This document shows positions 1 to 9,123 of a DNA stretch of 64,000 nucleotides, one piece after another (the first letter of the stretch is position 1; the number at the start of each line of letters is the position of its first letter). The stretch covers positions 8,582 to 72,581 of the forward strand of contig JACDDS010000003.1 of the NCBI GenBank assembly GCA_013816805.1, given 5' to 3'. The stretch comes from Chitinophagales bacterium (GTDB lineage: Bacteria; Bacteroidota; Bacteroidia; Chitinophagales; UBA10324). The position numbers and the translations under genes were made by a program. Under the pieces are notes generated by a model that saw only the letters and a program-made list of their open reading frames with translations, searched no databases and was not told where the DNA came from.

Positions 1-591
1 CGTAAGATTATAGCCTGTTGCATTTTTCAGCACATTTGCACCTGTCCAGATGATTTCACCATCTGGCAAAACTACTTCCAGGTTGAGCACGTAGTCTTTT
101 ACTACCCCATATTTCACCGCCTTCGGACCACCTGAATTTTCTGCAATATTTCCACCAATAAAACAGGAGCCGCGGCTTGCCGGATCGGGAGGGTAAAATA
201 AATTTCGTTCTTTCAGCTCGTCCTGCAGCGTCTGAGTGATTACACCAGGCTCCACAGTTACCTGGTAATTTCTTTCATCAATCAAAATTATTTTATTCAA
301 CCGCTCAAGAGATAAAATCACTCCTCCATATACAGCTAAGGCCCCGCCGCTTAAACCAGTACCTGCACCCCTGGGAGTTACACAAATATTTTCCTGGTTA
401 CAAAATTTTAAAATACTGCTTACCTCTTCAGTGTTGAAGGGAAGAATTACAATTTCAGGTGGAAATCTTAAATCTTCTGTTTCATCATGAGAATATTTTT
501 GTAGCGAATCGGAATCCATAAACACATAGTCAGGACCTACTATTTCCTGAAAGTGCAGTACATGGTTTGATAGAATTTTTTGAAAGATCAT
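1..591 (-). CDS. FAD-binding oxidoreductase, GlcD / D-lactate dehydrogenase-like (N-terminal part; the 3' end lies outside the window)
   Basis: My own translation of the minus strand from the ATG at 589-591 gives MIFQKILSNH... It contains PRGAGTGLSGGA and GSCFIGGNIAENSGGPKAVKYG, typical of FAD-linked (PCMH-type) oxidases. The frame stays open to position 1. Confidence 0.8.
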   Translation of the reverse strand, partial: MIFQKILSNHVLHFQEIVGPDYVFMDSDSLQKYSHDETEDLRFPPEIVILPFNTEEVSSILKFCNQENICVTPRGAGTGLSGGALAVYGGVILSLERLNKIILIDERNYQVTVEPGVITQTLQDELKERNLFYPPDPASRGSCFIGGNIAENSGGPKAVKYGVVKDYVLNLEVVLPDGEIIWTGANVLKNATGYNLT

Positions 592-701
592 TACGGCAGC
601 AAAAGACCTGGTAAAATTAATCAAACTGAAAACTTACCAAACGTGATGTAGTGAAAGCAATTAAGTTTATAATTTGCATCCCAGGGCTCTATTTAACGCA
701 T

Positions 702-1607
702 ATGTTTAGATTCAGAATTTTGTGGATACTGTTTAATATCTTAGCAATACATTCAATATCCCAGGCTCAACCGGATACTTCTGATAAGAAAGGAAATCTT
801 TATTTTAATATTGGTGCCGGCCCGATTTTTTATACTTATAAAGATGTATTAGTATCGCCTAACACCTATACAACGGTTGGTATACATCCCGGATTAGAAC
901 TAGGTTATGAAAAAGATTTCCCAAACTATCATGGCCAGACTTCGCTCTATACCGGACTGCAATATTTAAACGATGCGCCAGGCAGAAGATATGGAACCAT
1001 TACCTCTCAAATGCTGATGGCCGAATTTAATACCTCGCGGTGCTGGGAGCTAAAAAAAATTATGCGGGAAAGAATAACCTGGCAACTTGGTTATAATGTA
1101 ACTGTTGGATACAGTCACGAATTGAACATTAAATTTCAAAATTCCCAATATGTTTTCGGATTGTGGACAAATGCCGGTATTGCGAACCGCTTTGCGTATT
1201 CATTTGATATTAAAGGAGAAAAGCAACTATGGTTTATACATTTCCGAAAGCCTGATTATCCGTTTGAAATTAACTGGCAGTTAAACGTTCCGCTGGTTGG
1301 TGCCATTACGAGACCTAACTATGCAGGGATTCTTCATTTTGCAAATGGAGATTTTGCACAAGACTTTATAAGGATGATGAAAGACAATGCAAACTTTACT
1401 GCCTTTCATAATTTTCAGTCGGTGCATTCTCAAATAGCCTTTCAGGCACCCTTGGGAAATAGTAACCAATTAAAAATTGCCTACGTCTGGGAAGGAATTC
1501 ATTATGGCAACAATCTGACGTCTCTGAGTGAAAGCTACGGCGGCGTTCTGGTTTCACTCATGTTTAAAATGGATAGCCATCCGTCAATAAGAAGTCAGCG
1601 TAAATAG
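702..1607 (+). CDS. hypothetical secreted or outer-membrane protein
   Basis: ORF 651..1607. The ATG at 702 gives a signal-peptide-like N-terminus (MFRFRILWILFNILAIHSISQA). The rest is rich in aromatic/Gly beta-strand patterns. I recognise no family. Confidence 0.5.
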   Translation: MFRFRILWILFNILAIHSISQAQPDTSDKKGNLYFNIGAGPIFYTYKDVLVSPNTYTTVGIHPGLELGYEKDFPNYHGQTSLYTGLQYLNDAPGRRYGTITSQMLMAEFNTSRCWELKKIMRERITWQLGYNVTVGYSHELNIKFQNSQYVFGLWTNAGIANRFAYSFDIKGEKQLWFIHFRKPDYPFEINWQLNVPLVGAITRPNYAGILHFANGDFAQDFIRMMKDNANFTAFHNFQSVHSQIAFQAPLGNSNQLKIAYVWEGIHYGNNLTSLSESYGGVLVSLMFKMDSHPSIRSQRK

Positions 1608-1664
1608 TAAAATGAATAATATAAATTGTTAGAAAATAAAAGGATTAATTACTGTTAAAATCTA

Positions 1665-2699
1665 ATGAAAAACTTTCTTGTTATTATAGTATTGTTATTT
1701 GCAACGGGCTTTTTTTCATGCAAAAAAGCATTTGTAGAGCCTGATATTGCTGATAACCCAAAACAGAATTTTGAATATTTATGGAGCGATATCAACAACC
1801 GTTATGCATACCTCGATTATAAAGGTCTTGACTGGAATGCTATCCATTCAAAATATGCTGAGCAGGTGCATGATGGAATTAGCAATACAGCACTTTTTTC
1901 AATACTTGCGAATATGATGAATGAACTGCGTGATGATCATTCAAATCTAATTTCGCCTTTTAATGTATCTGTATATTACCCCACGTTTTTAAACAGTCCT
2001 GAAAATTATGATGACCGGCTGGTTCTGGAGCATTATTTATTGAGGCATGCTTCGCAATACTATATAACCGGACCATTATTAAATACCATTATCGATACCC
2101 TGGGAGTAAGGATTGGATACATCCGTTATTCTTCCTTTAGCAGAACCGTTAGTAATTATGATATTGATTTTGTGATAAATCGTTTTAAAGGGTTGAATGG
2201 TGTTATAATTGATGTTCGCAATAACGGCGGTGGTGATGTATCAAATATTTTTCCGCTTGCTAATCGATTTTTTGATACCACACGATTAGGTTATACTTCG
2301 CAATTAAAAACAGGTCCCGGGCAAAATGATTTTGGAGATAACGAAAATGTTTATTTCGGACCGGTTGATGCCTATCATTTTACCAACAGGATCGCTGTAT
2401 TAAGTAACCGGAATAGTTTTAGCGCCACGTCGCTTTTTTGTACTGCAATGAAATCCTTACCCTATGTAAAAATGGTTGGTGATTCTACGGGAGGCGGCAT
2501 GGGAGCACCGAATGGAGGTGAACTACCTAATGGCTGGACTTACCGGTTTTCAGTCAGCCGCGCCCTCGCACCCGATGGTTCGAACTGGGAAAGTGGAGTG
2601 CCTGCAGATATCCTGGTTGATCTGGACCCCACCCTGGAACAACAAGGGTATGATTCCATAATCGAACGTGCTATCCAGTACATCATTTCCGGGAAATAG
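1665..2699 (+). CDS. S41 family (tail-specific/C-terminal processing type) peptidase, lipoprotein
   Basis: Lipoprotein signal LLFATGFFSC. S41-like motifs VIIDVRNNGGGD, SNRNSFSATS and GDSTGGG. Confidence 0.75.
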   Translation: MKNFLVIIVLLFATGFFSCKKAFVEPDIADNPKQNFEYLWSDINNRYAYLDYKGLDWNAIHSKYAEQVHDGISNTALFSILANMMNELRDDHSNLISPFNVSVYYPTFLNSPENYDDRLVLEHYLLRHASQYYITGPLLNTIIDTLGVRIGYIRYSSFSRTVSNYDIDFVINRFKGLNGVIIDVRNNGGGDVSNIFPLANRFFDTTRLGYTSQLKTGPGQNDFGDNENVYFGPVDAYHFTNRIAVLSNRNSFSATSLFCTAMKSLPYVKMVGDSTGGGMGAPNGGELPNGWTYRFSVSRALAPDGSNWESGVPADILVDLDPTLEQQGYDSIIERAIQYIISGK

Positions 2700-2770
2700 T
2701 AAAACAATTACACTGTATGCTTGTTTTCATAGCTGAAAAATTATCTGCTATCTTGCCAAAAATTTAGTTG

Positions 2771-3514
2771 ATGATCAAAAAAATTATTGTTGCAGCCGGT
2801 ATTCTTTGTTTTGCCGTTTCGGTTTCTGTTCGGGCTCAAAAAATATATACCGCATCAGCTGGTGAAACCATATTTTCATTAAGTAACATGCAGGCAGGGA
2901 ATGATGACGCAAAACCTGTTATCAGGTTTTCTCCTTTTTTAAATTATCAGCAACAGCTTCATTTTGAATATTCTAATAATGTTGGATTTTATACAGGGCT
3001 TGGTATACGGAATGCAGGCTTTATAAACAAGTTCGGTGACTCACTGAAAGTAAAAGAAAGGTCTTATTCCCTTGGAGTTCCTGTGGTATTTACTTTTGGA
3101 AACCTTACGAATGGATTTAATTTGGGAATAGGTGCTGAAGCTGAATTTATGTTTGCATGGAAAAGAAAAGTATTTGTGAATGACAGTAAAACCAAGTATT
3201 CCCAATGGTTTTCGGACAATGTAAATTTTTTCAATCCATCTGTTTTGGTGGAAGTAAAATTTCATACCGGTCAGTATATCCGTTTAAAATATTATTTGCG
3301 CGATTTTCTTCAATACCAGCCCGGTGGCTTGTTTTTGCCAAATAACCAGGGGATATTACCTGACTATGCAAGATCAAGTAAGTTATTTTATATATCACTT
3401 GGAAGTGTTGTATTTAAAAAGAATTTAAAGCCCCGTCCAATAAATGACCCTGATATTAAAACGAACCATACTTTAAATAAAAATACAGAAGGCCAGGTAA
3501 GAAAAAGGTCTTGA
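2771..3514 (+). CDS. hypothetical protein, probable outer-membrane beta-barrel
   Basis: Signal peptide MIKKIIVAAGILCFAVSVSVRAQ. Alternating hydrophobic/aromatic beta-strand pattern and a Lys-rich C-terminal tail. Confidence 0.45.
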   Translation: MIKKIIVAAGILCFAVSVSVRAQKIYTASAGETIFSLSNMQAGNDDAKPVIRFSPFLNYQQQLHFEYSNNVGFYTGLGIRNAGFINKFGDSLKVKERSYSLGVPVVFTFGNLTNGFNLGIGAEAEFMFAWKRKVFVNDSKTKYSQWFSDNVNFFNPSVLVEVKFHTGQYIRLKYYLRDFLQYQPGGLFLPNNQGILPDYARSSKLFYISLGSVVFKKNLKPRPINDPDIKTNHTLNKNTEGQVRKRS

Positions 3515-3587
3515 GAATGCTGTGGAAAGCTCAAATGCCGAACATTACTTTTTGCATTAGATTTAAACAGAATTGTGGGATTATCAT

Positions 3588-5061
3588 TTAGCGATCAAGT
3601 CCCTCCAGGAAATTTTCAGCTACCATTAGATGCTGGTCCATTTTTTTCCTGTCTAGTTTTTCCAATGCGTTAATTATCATTTTCATCCGTGGGTTTTGTC
3701 GTAGAAAATCCCGGTGTAAAAATATAAACCGCCAATACAATGCATCCCATATTTCACACCACGGTCCTTTTTTGAAATTGCTCATTTTCAAAATATAATT
3801 GGATCCGCTCAAGTATGGTTTCGTGCTCATTAAACCTCCATCAGCAAACTGGCTCATGCCATAAACATTAGGTACCATCACCCAGTCATAAGCGTCGATG
3901 TATAACTCCATAAACCATCGGTATACCTCATCGGGATTAAATTCACAAAGCAGCATAAAATTTCCCATCACCATCAGCCGCTCAATGTGGTGGGTATATG
4001 CATGGATAAGCAGGCGCTTAATCACATTATCAACCGGATCAATCCCGGTAGTTCCATTATAAAACTTTGCGGGGATTTTTCTGGTATGGTTCCATAAATT
4101 TTTTTTTCGCTGTTCTACGCCTTTCAGCTGATAAACACCTCTTACATATTCCCGCCAGCCCGATAATTTGCCTGATAAACCCTTCCAGGGAAGGAAGCGG
4201 TACCTCATAACTTGTTGCTGTATTTATTGCTTTACTTATAACTTCTTCAGGAGTAATTAATCCGGTATTTAAAACTGGCGTGAGAACTGAATGAAAAAGA
4301 AAAAAATGGTCCTGTGAAATAGCGTCCTGGTATGGACCAAAAAGATGAAACCGCTGCAATAAAAAATTATCAATCCAGCTTCTTGCATCTGAATAGGTAA
4401 CGGGATAAAGGAAGTCTGCTATTGTTCCGGGATTTTTCGGGAAATTTAGATCTACATATTCTGCTGCTTCTTTGGTAAAATAATTCAGTGGGAGTATTGC
4501 AGCGGAAGGTACCTGAAGAGTTGCAGGTAAACGTTTGCGGTTTTCTTCATCGAAGCTCCATCTACCACCTGAAGGTTGATTGTTGTGAACTAAAATATTC
4601 AATCTTTTCCGCTGAGCAATATAAAAATCGTGAAAAAAAAATCTCTTCGAAGCGGAGAAATTGGAATCAAGATCTTCCTGCGTATTTAAAAAACAGGGAC
4701 TGTTATAACGTTTTAAGATGATATTATTTCTCTTTGCATATTTGGAAATTCTGCGGTTAAGCAGGTAATCTGCAGGCTCACAAAAGTGTACTACTGTAAT
4801 TCCAAGGCGATTAAAATCAAGGAACAGATTTTCCAGATGATGTAATTGGTCAAAGCACGAAATATATTGAACTCCAAATTTTCCCTTTAATAAATATTCC
4901 TCGTAGAACTTCATTGAAGCTCTGTGCAGTAAAAGCTTTTTCTTATGGAAGGAATATTGTTTGAAAAACAATTCATCCTCCACTAAAAATACCTGCCTGG
5001 AAGGATGGAGACATGGATTATGTTCGAATAGCTGGTGTGGAAAAACAAGAGATGCTTCCAT
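3588..5061 (-). pseudogene. cryptochrome/photolyase-related protein (COG3046, PhrB/CryB-like), interrupted by a 1-nt frameshift near 4157-4163
   Basis: Two overlapping minus-strand ORFs (4057..5061 and 3588..4208). Joined, they give the contiguous motif LEGFIRQIIG|WREYVRGVYQ. The downstream part keeps AYTHHIERLMVMGNF and MSQFADGG. Confidence 0.65.
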
Positions 5062-5122
5062 GTTCTACATAACATAAGAGCCATAGAAGTTGTTTTTGCT
5101 TTTATATTGCAATCTGCGGAAG

Positions 5123-5608
5123 CTATCGCATTTTATTTACGATATTAGTTGTAGATAAACCTTGCAACAGCGGCACCACCTCAATGCTGCCTCCTGTTCC
5201 TTCTACAAGGTCTTTACCCACTACTTCCCCTATGCTGTAATCACCGCCTTTTACCAATACATCAGGCTTAATATTTTGTATCAGGCTATATGGTGTTTCC
5301 TCATCAAAGAGAATTACCGCATCTACGAAAGTAAAAGATGCCATTATCAGAGCACGGGAATGTTCGTCCTGGATGGGACGATCAGGTTTTAATTTTCTAA
5401 CAGATGCATCAGTATTTAAACCGACAATCAATACATTTCCAAAGGATCTTGCCGTTGAAAGCAGATGAATATGCCCCTGATGAATAATGTCAAAGCAACC
5501 ATTGGTGAAAACAATGTTTTTATCCTGAAACCGCCAGACGGCCAGCTTATTTTTAAGCTTACTCATCAATACGATTTTTTGCTCCATTACTTCCTTAAGG
5601 TAGTTCAT
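5123..5608 (-). CDS. RfaE domain-II-like nucleotidyltransferase (D-beta-D-heptose-1-phosphate adenylyltransferase family / cytidylyltransferase fold)
   Basis: FTNGCFDIIHQGHIHLL (HxGH motif), VGLNTDASVRKLK..RP, LVKGGDY, STTNIV. The start overlaps the upstream gene by 14 nt. Confidence 0.75.
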   Translation of the reverse strand: MNYLKEVMEQKIVLMSKLKNKLAVWRFQDKNIVFTNGCFDIIHQGHIHLLSTARSFGNVLIVGLNTDASVRKLKPDRPIQDEHSRALIMASFTFVDAVILFDEETPYSLIQNIKPDVLVKGGDYSIGEVVGKDLVEGTGGSIEVVPLLQGLSTTNIVNKMR

Positions 5609-6611
5609 GCGGAGACTTTTTATTTATAAACGGTAAAATTACCAGCGAAAGCAGGCCAAAAGTTAGCATCCCGAATACCTGCGTAGAATGTGATAAAATG
5701 GCAAATGCAAGGCCATCATCCTCAGCAATCCCGAACAATACCAGGGTCTGCGTAACCAGAGCATGAAATGCTCCAAAGCCACCCTGAACCGGGGCTGCCC
5801 ATCCAAAACCCCCGAAAACCATAGTAGCCAGAGCCGCTATCCACCCAAGATGTGACGTAGCACTAAAGCTGAAAAAACATACATAGGACATTAAAAAATA
5901 AAGGAACCAGATTAAAAAGGTGTACAATAAAAAAAGGTTTCGGTTCTTTAATTTTCCTACTGTTTTTATGCCATCAATAAAACCTCTTACCATACCACCA
6001 AGCTTTAAATAATATTTTGAAGATTTCAGGCGTGTCCACAGCAGCCAGGACACCAGCAAAATAACTACGATAACGACCCCTGTTATTAGGTAAAAAAGCA
6101 AGGCTTGTGTAAAAAGCACAGTTAATTTATTTTCCAACGGAGCAATCACATACTGATTACTGAAAGCGCTCATTTTTTCGAATTCAAGGAGAACGGTTAC
6201 AAACAGCAGAAAAAAAATGGTAGCAACATCAATTATACGCTCTACCACCACGGTGCCGAATACTTTATTAACAGGCATTTTTTCATAGCCGCTCAGCACT
6301 GCGCTGCGGCTTACTTCCCCAAGTCTGGGTAAGGCAAGATTTGCAAGATAACCGATCATTACAGCCCCGAATGTATTTTTCAGTTTAGGCTTATATCCGA
6401 GCGGTTCAATAAGCATGTTCCAACGGAGCGCCCGAAATATATTACTGAAAAATGCAAAGACAAGAGAGAGTAATGCCCACCACCAGTTCGCATGTTTCAA
6501 CTTTTCCCTGATCTCGTTGATGTTCTGATTTTTAATAACCAGCCAAAAAAGTACCAATCCTATAGCAAGGAACAATACTATCCGTAAAACAGATACGATG
6601 TTTTTATTCAC
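5595..6611 (-). CDS. flippase-like membrane protein (UPF0104 / lysyl-phosphatidylglycerol synthase TM-region family)
   Basis: 338 aa with about 8 hydrophobic segments. The layout resembles the MprF flippase domain. It overlaps panD by 8 nt. Confidence 0.6.
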   Translation of the reverse strand: MNKNIVSVLRIVLFLAIGLVLFWLVIKNQNINEIREKLKHANWWWALLSLVFAFFSNIFRALRWNMLIEPLGYKPKLKNTFGAVMIGYLANLALPRLGEVSRSAVLSGYEKMPVNKVFGTVVVERIIDVATIFFLLFVTVLLEFEKMSAFSNQYVIAPLENKLTVLFTQALLFYLITGVVIVVILLVSWLLWTRLKSSKYYLKLGGMVRGFIDGIKTVGKLKNRNLFLLYTFLIWFLYFLMSYVCFFSFSATSHLGWIAALATMVFGGFGWAAPVQGGFGAFHALVTQTLVLFGIAEDDGLAFAILSHSTQVFGMLTFGLLSLVILPFINKKSPHELP

Positions 6612-6966
6612 GCACGGTAATTAAGCGATTGGTTGTTTCGTCCGGAAATATAATGGATGGCTTGAAGGTTTTTGCCTCTTCAAATTCTAAAATGGTATAG
6701 GAAATCACAATTATAATATCGCCAACCATTGCTCTGCGGGCAGCCGGCCCATTCATGCAAATGGTGCCTGACCCGTTTTCACCTTTTATCACATAGGTAT
6801 CAATTCTTTCCCCATTACTTACATTTACGACCTGCACTTTTTCATTTTCGATAAGGTTTGCTGCCTGCATCAAGTCCTCATCAATAGTAATGCTACCTAT
6901 GTAATTGAGATCTGCTTCGGTAACTTTTACCCTGTGTATCTTCGATTTTAATATTTCTACCATCAT
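6604..6966 (-). CDS. panD: aspartate 1-decarboxylase
   Basis: [32 protein letters not shown], including the GS self-processing site. Size 120 aa. Confidence 0.95.
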   Translation of the reverse strand: MMVEILKSKIHRVKVTEADLNYIGSITIDEDLMQAANLIENEKVQVVNVSNGERIDTYVIKGENGSGTICMNGPAARRAMVGDIIIVISYTILEFEEAKTFKPSIIFPDETTNRLITVRE

Positions 6967-7164
6967 AGAGGCGGCAAAGATAGAAAGAGAAACATTATAG
7001 CCTTGTAAGTCGATAATGTGAAAGTTCCTTTTAAGGAATCAGCCGCTATTAATTAATAAAGGATCTGTATGAATTGAGTATTCAGCATTAGATAGAATAT
7101 GAAAAACAGCGAAAGGACGATGAGAATGGAAATAGTATTTTATGCGAAGGATACTTTCGGTAGC

Positions 7165-8013
7165 TTAATGTAACAGTATGTTATCCAAAAGACGTACTGC
7201 TGCAATTTTTACAGCAGTAACCACTACAATATGTTTTGCACTATTCCAATCAGAGACTGTAGTAAAGGCATCTGCGTCACAGAATTCCAGGTAATCTAAT
7301 TTGGCTTCAGGAATAGAATTGATTCTTGCAATGGATTTTTTTTGTAATTCCGGCAAACCATAATTCCGGTAATTATCACGGATGAAAAATAAGGTTTCTG
7401 CTATGCCGCCTGCATTTTTTCTTTGCTGTTCAGTAAGGCGTTCGTTTCGGGAACTCATGGCTAAGCCATTGCTTTCCCGTACAATGGGGCACATGACAAT
7501 TTTAGTTGCAAATTTTTTTTGTAACAATAACGCTTGCAAAACTTTAACCTGCTGGTAATCTTTTTGGCCGAGATAAAGGTGGTCAGGCTTTATGATCTTT
7601 AAAAACCGGTCTACTACGTTTGCCACTCCTTTAAAATGACCCGGTCGGGAAGCACCTTCTAAATAATGTTCCAAATAGCCTAAATGGTAGGTGTCAAGTT
7701 CATTTATCCCTTTATCATAGATCTCATTTTCGTTCGGAAGAAAAAGCAAATCACATTCCGCCTGCTCCAGTAATCCAATATCGTTCTCTGTAGGTTTAGG
7801 GTATTGTATAAAATCTTCAATCTCATTAAACTGTGTTGGATTGACGAAAATGCTGCAAACAGTAAAATCATTTTCTTGTTTCGAAGCTTTAATAAGGGAA
7901 AGGTGACCTGCATGCAAGGCGCCCATTGTAGGAACCAGGCCCACTATGCTACCCTTAGATTTTTTGAGTACGACTAAGTCTAAGCACTCACTGGATTTCT
8001 TTAATACAATCAC
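7165..8013 (-). CDS. panC: pantoate--beta-alanine ligase
   Basis: GLVPTMGALHAGHLSLI, FVNPTQF and MSSRN motifs. Size 282 aa. Confidence 0.95.
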   Translation of the reverse strand: MIVLKKSSECLDLVVLKKSKGSIVGLVPTMGALHAGHLSLIKASKQENDFTVCSIFVNPTQFNEIEDFIQYPKPTENDIGLLEQAECDLLFLPNENEIYDKGINELDTYHLGYLEHYLEGASRPGHFKGVANVVDRFLKIIKPDHLYLGQKDYQQVKVLQALLLQKKFATKIVMCPIVRESNGLAMSSRNERLTEQQRKNAGGIAETLFFIRDNYRNYGLPELQKKSIARINSIPEAKLDYLEFCDADAFTTVSDWNSAKHIVVVTAVKIAAVRLLDNILLH

Positions 8014-8141
8014 CAGGTGTTTTTTCTTGTGAGGGTGAAGTTAGAAAAAGCCCTAAGGTCTGCCGTATACTGAGCCTTTGACTGTAACTGGTTTCCCGTA
8101 AAACACATTATACGGTTATCAACAGTGGTCTTATTCTTTCT

Positions 8142-8176
8142 TTTGGAAAAGTACAGGGCTTTTTTTATTATCTTTG
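8142..8176 (+). promoter_or_regulatory. putative Bacteroidota sigma-A promoter (-33 TTTG at 8142-8145; -7 TAtcTTTG at 8169-8176) for the glgA-like gene
   Basis: Exact match to the TAnnTTTG -7 consensus about 59 nt upstream of the ATG at 8235. A TTTG lies 23 nt upstream of it. Confidence 0.3.
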
Positions 8177-8234
8177 CGCATTGATTTTTAGGAAGTTACT
8201 ACCAATACTACAGCTCTTTAACTGACTTTGGCCC

Positions 8235-9047
8235 ATGGATAAGAAAAGAGTGCTGATCATCACCCAGGAGATGAAACCCTATCTGGTGTTATCAGAAATT
8301 GCACGCATCACCAACCAGTTGCCGGTTCATTTACAAAATCAAGGTATGGAAATTCGGGTGCTGATGCCTCGGTTTGGCAGCATTAATGAGCGACGGCATC
8401 GTCTTCATGAAGTGGTACGTCTTTCCGGTATCAATATCATTATCGATGATGATGATTTCCCCCTGATTATTAAGGTTGCTTCTCTTCCCGGGGCGCGCCT
8501 CCAGGTTTATTTTCTCGATAATGAAGATTTTTTTAAGCGCAAATTCGATTTCACAGACGAAGGGCAAAAGTTTTATGATGACAATGCAGAGCGCATGATT
8601 TTTTTCTGCAAAGGTGCCCTGGAAACGGTTAAAAAATTTGGATGGCCACCGGATATTATCCATTGCCATGGCTGGATGACAAGCCTTATTCCAATGTATA
8701 TTAAAACAGTTTATAAAAAAGAACCCGTCTTCCACAATGCGAAAGTGATCTTTTCCGTTTACGATAATGCTTTTCAGGGGGCATTGGCAAAAACCTTTCA
8801 AACCAAGGCGCTCATCCATAAAGATATTAAAGAAACAGATTTTGAACCTTTCAAAAAAGCGGATTTTAATAGCCTCACCAAAGGTGGTATCACCCATGCT
8901 GACGCTGTTATTTTAGGAGATAAAAAGGTAGACAAAACTATTAAAACGTATATAAAAGCGGCAAATAAGCCCATACTGGATTTTGTTAATGGAGAGGAAT
9001 ATTTGGGTGCTTACCAGGAATTCTATCAAACACTATTGAAGAAGTAG
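8235..9047 (+). CDS. short glycogen/starch-synthase-like protein (N-terminal Rossmann half of a GT5 enzyme only)
   Basis: 270 aa. N-terminus VLIITQEMKPY...RVLMPRFG resembles the GlgA N-terminal domain. There is no second GT-B domain. Its position next to panC matches synteny I recall for Bacteroidota. Confidence 0.6.
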   Translation: MDKKRVLIITQEMKPYLVLSEIARITNQLPVHLQNQGMEIRVLMPRFGSINERRHRLHEVVRLSGINIIIDDDDFPLIIKVASLPGARLQVYFLDNEDFFKRKFDFTDEGQKFYDDNAERMIFFCKGALETVKKFGWPPDIIHCHGWMTSLIPMYIKTVYKKEPVFHNAKVIFSVYDNAFQGALAKTFQTKALIHKDIKETDFEPFKKADFNSLTKGGITHADAVILGDKKVDKTIKTYIKAANKPILDFVNGEEYLGAYQEFYQTLLKK

Positions 9048-9123
9048 ACAATCCGCTATTCATTTAAAAATTTCATTTCTGATATTTTTTACTCTTGCTT
9101 AAAATTTTAAATAGTATAGTAGG

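Noticed and set aside
6967-7164. Small ORFs in the panC-panD spacer: an 11-codon ORF on the minus strand, a 24-codon ORF on the plus strand, and a 40-codon open frame continuing after the panC stop codon.
   Set aside because: They have no plausible starts or are very short, and they show no conservation signal I can assess. They are most likely non-coding spacer.
8331-8897. 188-aa ORF antisense to the glgA-like gene. Similar long antisense ORFs lie at 31215..31802 (195 aa), 47556..48071 (171 aa), 32292..32696, 13286..13717, 24210..24599 and 38818..39192.
   Set aside because: All lie entirely within well-supported genes on the opposite strand. They have low-complexity or odd composition (Ser/Arg/Ile-rich) and no recognisable motifs, which is typical of shadow ORFs.
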